A stretch of 64,000 nucleotides of DNA, taken from the IMG/VR virus record IMGVR_UViG_3300028833_000121, positions 19,933-83,932 of that record; one strand, written 5' to 3'. The position numbers and the translations under genes are program-made. The notes under the pieces are model-generated. The model ran no database searches. It was not told where the DNA came from and saw nothing but the letters and a program-made list of their open reading frames with translations. The number at the start of each line of letters is the position of its first letter. Position 1 is the stretch's first letter. Origin of the DNA: a virus (lineage: Duplodnaviria; Caudoviricetes). Positions 53,901 to 64,000 of the stretch are shown here, in pieces.

Positions 53901-56900
53901 GCTTGTATATCTGCCTAAGACGGTTTTGCATCTCCAAAAGTTTCTTTATAAATTTCTGCAATTGCTTTTACATCATTGGCTGCTAATTCTTTGACAATGC
54001 CATAATCATGGTTTGCCATATTCTAGAATTGCATATTAAGATAATCTTCAGTAAAATCGGGTAAATTATTAGCTTTAGTATAGGCATCTGCCCTTTTCTA
54101 CATCAAAGCTCTATATTCTTTACTAGTAAAGCCTTCCGCGCCCATATTAGTCATGACACCAGTTTCTTCATCTAAACTGGCTCCCATGACATTAGTCCAA
54201 AATCTGCCTCCGTTCCATTCTTGAAGAGTTTTTAATATTTCAATTCCTCTCTCCCAACCTTCTAAATCATCAGGAGTAGTAGTAAATATAGCTTTCCAAT
54301 AGTTCTACAATTGAGGATTTCCTAATTCTCTTGAACTTATTAATTCTTCCATCGAATTAATTGCAGATTCAATAAAGTCAAAAGATTCTCCCCAATCTTC
54401 ACCAGGATCAAAATTCTTAATAAAATTCTAAGCCCTACTAACTATATCTGTTAAGCCTTCAAAACTATCTAATACTTTAAGTACATTTTCATTTAAATCA
54501 GTAATCGCTATATTACCTTTACTAAAAGCCTAAAACGCTTTCGCTAAACCATTTGCAGAAATAATATCATTATCAAGTAATACTGCAAGAGATTTACTTT
54601 CTTTTGCTAATTCTTGAATATTATATGGAGTAATCTTCCCGTTCTCTTCAATGAAACTTTCAATCTATTCATTTAAATCTTCAAATTCACTAGTCGTTAA
54701 ATAAAATTGTACTAAATTCTATCTAGAGAAAATACCTTCTTCTTCTCCAGTACTTTTTAAAGAATTAGCTAAATTCTAAACTTCCTTATTAGCGCTATTA
54801 CTTCCATCTTTAATGGCCTAAAAAGTTAAAATAATATTATCTGACAAAGAACCAATAAAACTATCTAATTCTGTACCAATGCCTCCTTCCGAGGACATTG
54901 CATCAATCATCGCGGTTTCTACTTGATTTCTAAAATTATTACCGTAATCAGTTAAAGTTTCACCAATTTTGATAACTTTTTTCTATTGTGCAATTTCTAA
55001 CTTGCTAAAATTTGTTAAAACTTTTGTATCTCTTAAACCAGAAGACATTAAAGATTTAAGAGCATTTTTAGCATATTCTTTTCTAGTCTTCTCAATCTAT
55101 TCAATATAAGTATTTAATATTTTTGCTAATCCAGTAGTATCTTCAGTGCCGAACATTTCCATAAGAGTTTTTACAATATCTTCATTTGTTAAAAGCTCAC
55201 TTAATTCAGCACCAATATTTTTTAAACTACCTTCATAAGTACCAGAAATAACTTGTAATAATTTTAATCCCTAATCTTCTTTACTTACAGCAGAAATTTC
55301 TTCAATTAAATTTGCGTATGTATCCTTTATAACTTCTGCAGAAGCTACTGCCTAGGCTATTTCTTTTTTATCAGTAGTTTCAGCTTCTACTCCATATAAC
55401 TCTCTGTATCTATTTTGAAGCTGTTCTGTAGTTGCATTACCGCTCCACCAATCAATTCTTTTCTAACGACGTAAACTTTTAAAGAAATCATCAGAATTAA
55501 AAGTTTCTGCCATCGCGGAAGCAACCGCGTCAGACATCTCATCAGAAAGATTCTATGTATTTAGCATTCGCGCGAAAGCGGTTTTTGCATAACCTTTTTC
55601 AACGACGCGTTCCTATGCAGCCTAATTCTAATACTAAGTATATCTTGCAACTTCTTCGGCCGTCATATCTCGCCAAGAAGTGAAACCATGCTCATCAATA
55701 CCTTCGTATATACGCTTATTAGCTAAATCTATTCTATCATTTTGATATTTCTTTTCATATACTGCAGCTTGTTTCCCTGCAACCATAGCTTTGGCTAATT
55801 CAGCATTTGCGCTAGCTTTTGCAGCACCTTCAGCAGTGCTCTAAGCTAAGGCACTAATAGAGGCTTCGTCTAAAGTTAAAACTAATTGCCCATTTTCAAA
55901 TGTAGAAGATATGTATTGAGCGTACTTATTACTCTACTATAGCAAATCACTAAGATAATCATTTCTTTCCTAAATAGCTTTATTTCTTTCCTAAACTGTT
56001 TCTGCTTCTTGCACAGCTGTTGTTTTTTCTTGATATTGTTCCTATACTTGCTAAGTTTTCCGTTTCGCTTCTTCTGCAGCCGTAGCAACCTTATCCATCT
56101 ATTCAGAATATTTCTTAGCCTATTTAAGCTATCCTTCTAAAGAAAATTCTGACCAAGCTGCATATGCTGCAACTATCGTTCCAACTGCAACCGCTATTCC
56201 ACCAAGAGTCACTCCTAAAGTAGCCGCACCACTAAGAGTTTCTTTTCCAAAAAGAGCACCGACTTTTGTAGAAATAGCACTACCAAACTTAGTCTTCTAA
56301 AAACTATTACCTAACGCATCAAATAAAGAAGTTCCTACTTTAGTATCTTCCATTAACGACTCAGCATATTCTGGGTCTATATTCCATAATTCCTACGGGA
56401 TATCTTCATATGCCAAACCTTTAATAATATTATGTTTATCTTTAAAATCGGCTATTTTCTTTTTTAAATTTCCGTTAAAAATATCAGATAAAAGACTAGT
56501 TCTAGGTATAATAGTAGTTTTACCCTCTGCTCTTGCCTAAGCTTCAGGAGAACCTGCTACTATATTTCCAGCTAAATCAATACCACTAGTTAATCCACCC
56601 TTAATAATAGTTTGCCCGATTCTTGAACCTTTTAGAATAGTAGTAACTGCTTTGTCAATAAAGCCACCGCCACCGAAACTTCTTTTTAAAGCTCCAAAGG
56701 TCTTAATAGCAACTGCCCATTTTAAGAAAGAACCTGCGCCACTACCAAGCGCGCCAGTAAGTTTATTAACTATCTATAATAATTTTGTAAGTGCATCAAC
56801 AGCACCCTTTAAAACCGCGTTATTCGCAAGACCCATTGCAAACTCATCCCACGCATTCTTTAAACGCGCAAGTTTTGATTGCATAGAATCCTAAGTCTTT

Positions 56901-58711
56901 TCAAATTGCTTCTCTGCAGCACCGTTACTATTATACGCCGCACTAACTAATTCTTGTGTACGCGCATAGTCTGCCATCAAAGCGATGAAACGAGACTGTT
57001 GACGAGAACCTGCGGCCTAAGTAGCGATATATCTCTATTGAATATTAGTAAGTGAATCCCACTTAGAAGCTAATTCAATAAATATATCGTCTAGTCCAAC
57101 TTCACCAAGAAAATATTTATTTAAATCAATTCCGGCAGTACGAAGCGCGGCAGATACTTTATTAACATCAATTACTTGCCCCTCTTCATCCTAACCTTTT
57201 AATTCTTCTTTATCATAAAGTTTCTTAACTTCAGAAAATCTAGCTACAACTGTCTTTAACGCAGTACCGGCAGTTTCGGCAGATTCTCTTGTACTTTCAA
57301 TAATCTATGCTAAAAACGCCGCAGTAGTTTCAAATTCCATATTAGCATTATGTGCCAATGAAGCTACTTTAGTCATAGCAGTAGAAATTTCATCTACATT
57401 AGAAGCAGACATAGCCGCCAACTAAGAATATACATCATCTACTCGTTGCGCCTATGCTGTATTTAATTCCATATTAAAGCCACGCAAAGCGTTAGTCATA
57501 CGGTCAGTAGCATCCGCCGCATCAAGACCAGCGATACGCGCCATCTTCAATGTCTCAGTTGAAAGCGCCGCAGCTTGTTCAGTATTTAAACCCTATTGAT
57601 AGTATAATGTCGCGCTTTCATAAGCTTCTTTAGTTGTAACGCCTAATTGATTCGCGCGTTTTGTATAATCTGGTAGCTATTTCCACATATCTTTAATAGT
57701 GTAATTAGTAACTACCGCAGTTTCGGTCATAGCTTTATCAAGTTCTTTTATTGTACTAAAAGAACTACGAATCGCACGCTTAACTAAATTAATAGCATTT
57801 GCAAGACCAAGAAAATATTGAATACGACTTTTTACTTGATCTAATTCAGAACCAAATTGACCAGCACTTACAGTTAAATCCTTAAGAGGTTTTTCAGTAT
57901 TCTTGGTTTCATTGGTCAATTGACTCATAGTATTAGTACAATTACTTAATTGATTATTAAGTTCTTGCGCGGCCTATGTAGAAAGCTAAAGTCCTTCACC
58001 CTATTTAAAATCTATTTTTTGCTATACATTCTAAGTCTCTTCTTCAGCTTCCTTCATTATATCAATAATAGCCTGATACTAAACGATAATTTCTTTAGCA
58101 GTTTGGCTTCCTTTTCCTTCACCAGAAGCCAATCCAGTATAACTCTTTTTAGCTTTTTCTATTAAATCTATAGCTCTCTAAATATCTTTTACATCTGTGG
58201 CGCCTTTAAAAACATCTAAAGCTTCAGTAATTTTCCCTTTAGACTTTTCAGTCTTAAGTTTACTCATTACCTATTCTATTTTTTTTAACCCATCTGGTTT
58301 AATATTATTTAACTATTTCTATAAATCTGCTATTTCTTTTTTAATGCTTTCTAATTTCTATTTTATACTATCATCTATTTTAATCCAATTATTTAAATCT
58401 ATCTAATCACCAAACTAACTTCTAATTTTTTGTACAATCTAATCATACTTTTCCATTTCAGCAATTACTTTATCAAAAGATTTATTAATTGCTGTAGCAT
58501 CAGCTTTATTCTTTATACCCTAACGACTTTTCGCCTAAAAATCATTTAAAGCTTTATCTAATTCATTAAAAGCATTATTAAAACTACTACGTAAATTATC
58601 TGGTAATTTCAAATTATTTAAAATAGTTTGAATATTTTTAATTTTTGCCTAGGCATCTCCTGCATCAAATAAAGCCTTAATATTTACAGTATAACTTGTA
58701 CTACCTGCCAT
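50909..58711 (-). CDS. Tape measure protein (2600 aa, code 15)
   Basis: TP901-type core (ELDKAMTETAVV...IQ(TAG)RYIAT(TAG)AAGSRQQSRFIALM), long helical body, YASG...GEEGPEL motifs. Frame spot-checked at six positions. Confidence 0.9.
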
Positions 58712-58735
58712 ACCCTTTACCTCTCAAAATAAAAA

Positions 58736-58763
58736 TCGACATTAACTCTAAAGTTAATGTCGA
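58736..58763 (-). terminator. Intrinsic terminator
   Basis: TCGACATTAACT-ctaa-AGTTAATGTCGA plus a T tract on the minus strand. Confidence 0.7.
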
Positions 58764-58770
58764 CTTAAAT

Positions 58771-59559
58771 TTACATATCACTATCTATATCATCGTTAAG
58801 GAAGTACATCTCTATAACTCTAGAATTCATCCGACTATCCTCCGGGATAATCTTCCCTTGAATTCTTCCCACCATGGGGTTCGCCTTCTCTCCTAAACTC
58901 ATAGATAAGTCAGACATTAACTTTAACTTAGGAATAATAATTATTCCCGTATGTACTTGACCTGTTACGTCATCCTTAATCTTTGTTCTTCCTTCGAGTC
59001 GTAAATATCCTTTTATAAGACGCTAACCGATATTTACAACGCTTCCGCCATTTTCATATTCATAATTATAATCTACTATTAAAGTTTTATACGGTAAATT
59101 AGTATTATAAGTTTTTTCATAAAAACGAGCAACTTCTATTCTTTCGCCAGTTTCTAAGTCATATACAAAAATTGGCCCAGCAGGATATTCTTTTATAGTA
59201 AAACGACCTAATTCATTCGTTTCTAATTCTTCCCTTTCAGGCACCAAAATTTTTTCTTCCTAACTAATTGTAATAAGTTTAGAATTACTTAAAAGTGCAA
59301 ACTGCGTTTTAGAAAAAATACCTCTTTCCATTATAAAATTAACTTCTTTTGTAGTTTCCCACCATACATGCGGCCTATCATCATAACCACCATGCGCGGT
59401 TACATAACTTTTGACCTCTTGAAAATTTGAAATCTATATACTATCAAAATAACATATAGTTTCTCCTTCTTCAATACGTCTGCCACCTATCTCTATAGGA
59501 TAAGTAGCTTTTAGCTTTACATCGTATAATTCTTTGAGTGAAAATTCATTTAATGCCAT
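58771..59559 (-). CDS. Tail-tube-like paralogue (262 aa)
   Basis: KELYDV...VTAHGG...VWWETTKEV...FS and IIIPKLKL match motifs of the neighbouring major tail protein; three TAGs. Confidence 0.55.
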
Positions 59560-59577
59560 ATTTCGCTCCTTAAAAAT

Positions 59578-59609
59578 AAAAGGTGGAAGAATTCCTTCCT
59601 CCACCTTTT
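59578..59609 (-). terminator. Intrinsic terminator after the major tail gene
   Basis: AAAAGGTGGA...TCCACCTTTT. Confidence 0.7.
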
Positions 59610-59627
59610 AAAATTAACCATTTACTA

Positions 59628-60500
59628 TTACTTTAAGTCATACTGTACGAGCTTCATCATATCGCCATCCTCAGGACGGAGAACAGTGAGGTTCATATTA
59701 AATACAGCAGGATCGCCCTCAGCTTCCAAAGTAATTGTATTCTCAGAGGTCATCTTGGCCTTTGGAATAATGAACTGGAAGAACTGATCGGAACCATCAA
59801 CATCAGAACGAGCATAAGTATCGCCCTGGACATAATAGGTACCGGGGAACGTATCACCAGAAATGACGATTTCAGACTTATCAGCAGAAACAGTATAATC
59901 AATCAAAACTTTCTGACCGCCTTTGCTGGCAATAGCAGTATTAATTGCCTCTAATCCCATAGTAGCAGTATCAGAAGCACTTCCTAATACTGTACCATCT
60001 TCGCCAGTAACTTTCCTTACATTTAAGCCCCTAGTAACTGCCGCGGAGAAAAGAATCATATTCGCTCTCGCCGTAGTAGTTTCCTTCATATCAACCTTAA
60101 CACGCTCAGACGTATGAGTTGTAGAATTATAAAGGTCAACCTGGATATAATCAATGTAGTCTGTAGTGTCATCAATAACACGAGCCATGATTGTACGAGA
60201 AACCGTACCACTAGATTTGGGAGTGGCAACGCCATTACCAAACATGATGGCCATGGACTTAGCAGAGAACAAAGCATCCTCGATAGAAACCGTGATTTCC
60301 TTACCATAGTCCCAAGTAACGAGCTTTGGATTGCCCTTACCACCGCGAGCATCAACAGACTCCGCGGTCTGCTCAATGGTAGAAACCTTTAATGTATCAA
60401 GGTATAAAACGGGATCGCCCTGTGTACCATCAGGCTTAATCTTATAGAAGGTAACGTCCGCAACCTCTTTAATACCATAACGGTCTAAAATACTTGCCAT
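59628..60500 (-). CDS. Major tail (tube) protein
   Basis: YGIKEVADV...DARGGKGNPKLVTWDYGKEI...EDALFS...FIIPKAK...EGDPAVF; biased codon use; no TAG. Confidence 0.75.
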   Translation of the reverse strand: MASILDRYGIKEVADVTFYKIKPDGTQGDPVLYLDTLKVSTIEQTAESVDARGGKGNPKLVTWDYGKEITVSIEDALFSAKSMAIMFGNGVATPKSSGTVSRTIMARVIDDTTDYIDYIQVDLYNSTTHTSERVKVDMKETTTARANMILFSAAVTRGLNVRKVTGEDGTVLGSASDTATMGLEAINTAIASKGGQKVLIDYTVSADKSEIVISGDTFPGTYYVQGDTYARSDVDGSDQFFQFIIPKAKMTSENTITLEAEGDPAVFNMNLTVLRPEDGDMMKLVQYDLK

Positions 60501-60518
60501 GTATAATAGCCTCCTAAA

Positions 60519-61277
60519 TTATTTATCGTTATTTTTATTCATCCAATACTATACTTTAATTTTTTTACTATCCGCGCCAGCGAGTAAACTTCGAATATCA
60601 ATATCATATTTTTCTTTCTATTGATATTTCTCAACTAACTTTTTAGACGCCGCATAGCTTATCTCTCCGATATTAAGTGGATTTAAACCAATACCCATAC
60701 AACAAATTGAGATTAAAGTTTCTTCAAAAGTAATTCCGATTCCTTTTTTAGCTTTAACTCTATCACGATAACGAGCCTTTGCTTTCATTTCTTTAATACG
60801 CGGATTCTCATTTGGATTAGGAGGTTCCATCTCTTTATCTCCAAGCGCACGCCTTATAGCATTCTAGAATTCAAAAAAATTATCTTGATTAATAATTCTC
60901 AATTCATTCATCATATTTTCAATACTAGAAATCTTTAAAAACTCTGTTTCTAAATTTCCGATAACAATACTACCTGCCGTGTACTATAAACTAACTGGCT
61001 CGTGCAGATATAACTCAAAACTATCTAAAACTTTCTTCTCAAAATCTTTATTATATTGTGAATTACCCATTATATATGTAAACGGGTCTGGTGGTTTAAT
61101 AGATTTTCCTTCATTATCCACTTTATCAATAAAATAATCTTCTAATTCTTCCTATGAAATAGTAAGAATATTAATTAATTGTTTTGTTTCTTCTCTTAAA
61201 ACCTAATTGACTGTAGGCGGATAAATAGTACATAACTTTTTAAATTTTTGCGGTATACATAAAAATGGCTCAATCAT
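60519..61277 (-). CDS. Conserved tail-region protein (252 aa)
   Basis: Single frame with six TAGs; lies between the tail-completion and tail-tube genes. Confidence 0.6.
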
Positions 61278-61761
61278 AAGAAGTCAAGTAGAAATACTGC
61301 TCATATGCGCTAATTTCTTCTGTTAAGAAGTTCAAATCAAAATTTCCGCCCTATAACTTACCTAATCCATTTATGATCTTTCCATTTAAAGATTCCTATA
61401 TCTCTCCTAAAATAGCAAACGGGCGCAACTACACATCTTTAATTATCCACTATGTAAGCGGTACAAACACTTCAATATTAATACTTACATCTTTAAATTC
61501 ACTATTTTCTTCATTTTCACGCCCGCGTGTAAAACGCATAGTAACTATAGAATGAGAAGTTTCTTTTGGACCAACGCGTGGTATTATTTTAATCAATTTT
61601 TCAAAAACTTCATTCTATATCTATTCATCTGTTAAATCCGGTTGACTTAATGGGTCTTTATCAGTATAATATAACAATTTAAGTAAAGTCTAATTCGCTA
61701 AAAGTCTTTTTATTATCTTTTGTGCGTTTTCACCTAAATCTCTACAATTTCTAACTCCCAT
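61270..61761 (-). CDS. Probable tail-completion / terminator protein (163 aa)
   Basis: LLKLLYYTDKDPL...IEVFVP...LRPFAILGEI; several TAGs; position in the neck module. Confidence 0.5.
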
Positions 61762-62486
61762 TAACTCTCACCACCTTTATTTAACCAATAAAAGTCGTCC
61801 GGATTATCTGTTGGATTCTATTCAGGCTTAGGAGAATGATCATATATATAAATTGGGTCTATACTTACATATTCCACTCCAGGAGTAGACTACCGATCAT
61901 AACCAGTAACTCTATAAGCTTCTAATAATTCATCTTCCCCAATTTCAAAATAATCATCTTTCTTTAAATCTTTATTAGTAGGAATAACCATAAAACTAAG
62001 TTTTAAGTTCTCAGAATATATAGTATCCATACGACTACGAGAACGAATTTCATCTTTCAACATATTATCTTCTTGCCCATAAAAATAGGCTAAAGTTGAA
62101 AATTCTTCTCCATCTCTCTACCATGTAATCGTATGAGTCATCTTTAACATAACATAACGATTATATCCACTGGCTTTAATATTTTCAAGCCAATAAACCA
62201 TCCAAGGAATTAATTCTAAATCCTTATTTGGAAGATAAAGAATTGTTCCAGCAGGAATATTTAAACTTACTCTAGTTAATAAATACGCGCGCGTCTCAGT
62301 TTCATCTTGTTTGTATCTTTCTAAGAGGCCAGGGCATTCTTCATTCTCATATGAAAAATCTATTCTGTACACGCTCTTCATTAATAAATGTTCGAACTGA
62401 CGCTCGCGCTAGGTTTGAACTCGGGACTAATAATTAAGTCCATACCTATTTAACCTTTTTAAATATATATCTTCAAAATAACTCAT
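61761..62486 (-). CDS. Probable head-closure / neck protein (241 aa)
   Basis: Single frame with five TAGs; neck-module position. Confidence 0.5.
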
Positions 62487-62747
62487 TTATTTAGAAAGTA
62501 GACCCATACATTCAAATACGGTCTTACGAAAATATTCATAATCTAAATAACGCAAAGAATTAGTTTTATTCATTAATTCAATCCAATTAATAGTGCGCTA
62601 TTCTTCAGAAAAACCGTAAAGTTCAATAATAATAGAATCAAGAAATTTTTCCCAATCTCTACCTTTTTCTTTTTCACAAAGCAAACCATAATACTTATTT
62701 CTTAATTTATTAAAATAAGCTTCATTAAGAATTTCATTAGTATTCAT
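62487..62747 (-). CDS. Hypothetical 86-aa neck-region protein
   Basis: One TAG; coupled to both neighbours. Confidence 0.55.
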
Positions 62748-63175
62748 TACTGTTCTCCTGCAAGAGAGGTAAAATCAAACGGTTTATTATCGTAAGAACG
62801 ATAATAAACTCGTTCTAGCTTAAGAGCATTATATTTTTCCGCTTCAAGCATAGACTAGAATTTTGCTAATAAATTTGCTTGTGAAAAATCTCGTTCTTCA
62901 TAAAGTGGCTTTACGTTTTCCCAAGTAAGAATTGTCCTATTTAACCACTCACATTTCATATAAGTAGCTAAAATCTAAATCTCTGTATTACTTAAATCAT
63001 TCTCAAAACCGAAGTCCCCACGGTCAAGAGAAACTCTAGGAAATTTAAACCAAGGTATCGCCCCTTCTAGCAAAGAGCGTAAATCCTATTTTACTTCTTC
63101 CTCAGTCCAAAAACCCCATTCATCGTCTAATATTTTTGCTAAAAAAGCATCATAAACAGTTTGATAAGAGGTCAT
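62747..63175 (-). CDS. Probable head-tail adaptor (142 aa)
   Basis: MTSYQTVYDAFLAKI...EI(TAG)ILATYMKCEWL; three TAGs; GGAGG RBS. Confidence 0.55.
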
Positions 63176-63189
63176 AAGTTAAACCTCCA

Positions 63190-63687
63190 TTATTTTTTTG
63201 CAGCTTGTGCAGCTTCCTCATCCTTCTGGTTTTCTTCAATTACCTTATAAATATCAATCATCGCGCGATCTTGAATATATTTTTTCTTATTAATATCTGG
63301 CGTGATTTTATTTGCAATTGCATACTGCGCGAGCAATACAATCTAATCATTAGATACCTTATCTAAGCCTTCCTTGAAATCACGGAACGGCATTACAGTA
63401 AGATACCGCTTCATCTGCGCCTCATTAAGAATAATAATATTTACGGGTTCTTCCACATCTTCTGGTTCAAGGCCATATTCTTTCTTAACTTCCATATCTT
63501 CAGTATAAAGAATGCCCTCCTCAAACATATTGCGCGAACCAGTATCATACATCATCGCATCAAAAATATCATGCGGTACACTAAACTTATCTCCCTTCTT
63601 CAGCCATGTATGCGTAAAGTGAATATCAGGTAACGTAATACCGACACGAGCATTAACAGTATTAACAATAACAACTTTTCCTTCCAT
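63190..63687 (-). CDS. Hypothetical protein downstream of the capsid gene (165 aa)
   Basis: The track ORF extends through TAG 63343-63345 to TAA 63190. Confidence 0.6.
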
Positions 63688-63726
63688 AATAGAATTCTCC
63701 TTTTAACTCCTTAGAATTTTAAAATA

Positions 63727-63749
63727 GGGGAGGGGAATTTCCCCTCCCC
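63727..63749 (-). terminator. Intrinsic terminator after the major capsid gene
   Basis: GGGGAGGGGA-att-TCCCCTCCCC, followed by TATTTT on the minus strand. Confidence 0.75.
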
Positions 63750-63767
63750 AATAGATATTAAATTAAA

Positions 63768-64000
63768 TTATATACCATAGGGATTGTCCATAACGGGAGT
63801 CTGGATGGCCTTATTCTGGTAAATACCCCAGTTATTATAACTGAGAATACCGCAGCCCATCTTCTTCCAAACGTGGATTTCCATAGAGTTATCATAATTG
63901 TCGTGGTCCTTAATCTGGGTTTCGCCCTCAAGAACAACCTTTACGACCTTCTCACCACCGGTAGGAAGGACATAAGCAATAGAGGGGTCAATCCAAACCT
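63768..64000 (-). CDS. C-terminus of the probable major capsid protein (partial)
   Basis: VWIDPSIAYVLPTGGEKVVKVVLEGETQI...KMGCGIL...IYQNKAI; biased codon use, terminator, position before the neck genes. Confidence 0.65.
   Translation of the reverse strand, partial: VWIDPSIAYVLPTGGEKVVKVVLEGETQIKDHDNYDNSMEIHVWKKMGCGILSYNNWGIYQNKAIQTPVMDNPYGI

Noticed and set aside
1709-61555. Many short track ORFs antisense to or overlapping real genes (e.g. 1709-1915, 3323-3667, 9261-9554, 11297-11587, 33945-34256, 56652-56894, 59923-60117)
   Set aside because: They shadow well-supported genes or a promoter region, lack RBSs and have no recognisable motifs.
62487-62505. TACTTTCTAAATAAAT as another late-promoter copy
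   Set aside because: It lies in the last codons of the 62487-62747 gene and matches the motif poorly.
3941-63687. Mass pseudogenisation suggested by the fragmented ORF track
   Set aside because: Fragments of each gene share a frame and are separated only by TAG, at positions where Gln is conserved. TAA and TGA do not interrupt them.
1-64000. Suppressor tRNA, other RNA genes, CRISPR array, integrase or att site
   Set aside because: Intergenic gaps are short and explained by promoters and terminators. I saw no cloverleaf with a T-loop consensus, no regularly spaced repeats and no recombinase motif. A tRNAscan-SE or Infernal run would confirm this.

Overview
The window is 64 kb of an AT-rich, large tailed-phage genome (probably siphovirus-like, infecting a Firmicutes/Clostridia anaerobe) that reads TAG as glutamine (genetic code 15). 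The ORF track, made with the standard code, breaks most genes into fragments. With TAG=Gln nearly the whole window resolves into closely packed genes ending in TAA or TGA. Layout: (i) 1-1635, minus strand: small virion-associated genes. (ii) 1834-32953, plus strand, driven by repeated sigmaA-type promoters: DNA ligase, nucleases, UvrD-like helicase, gyrase B and A, SSB, AAA ATPase, DnaB, primase, RecJ, DnaE, NrdH/NrdD/NrdG, GlyA, papain-like peptidase, ThyX-like protein, dUTPase and RuvC-like resolvase. (iii) 32996-64000, minus strand: end of the major capsid gene, neck and tail genes, a 2600-aa tape measure protein, Dit/Tal, tail fibres and a terminal five-gene cassette. The main unusual signals are a tiered distribution of in-frame TAG codons (none in the core replisome or major tail protein, a few in recombination and dNTP genes, many in most late genes and in a membrane-anchored GIY-YIG nuclease), roughly 10-fold enrichment of GCGC/CGCG, a duplicated gyrB 3' end flanking an inserted gene, and a lone frameshift near the end of dnaE. 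I found no tRNA, rRNA, CRISPR array or integrase. All translations and counts were done by hand, and family assignments rest on motif recognition, not database searches.
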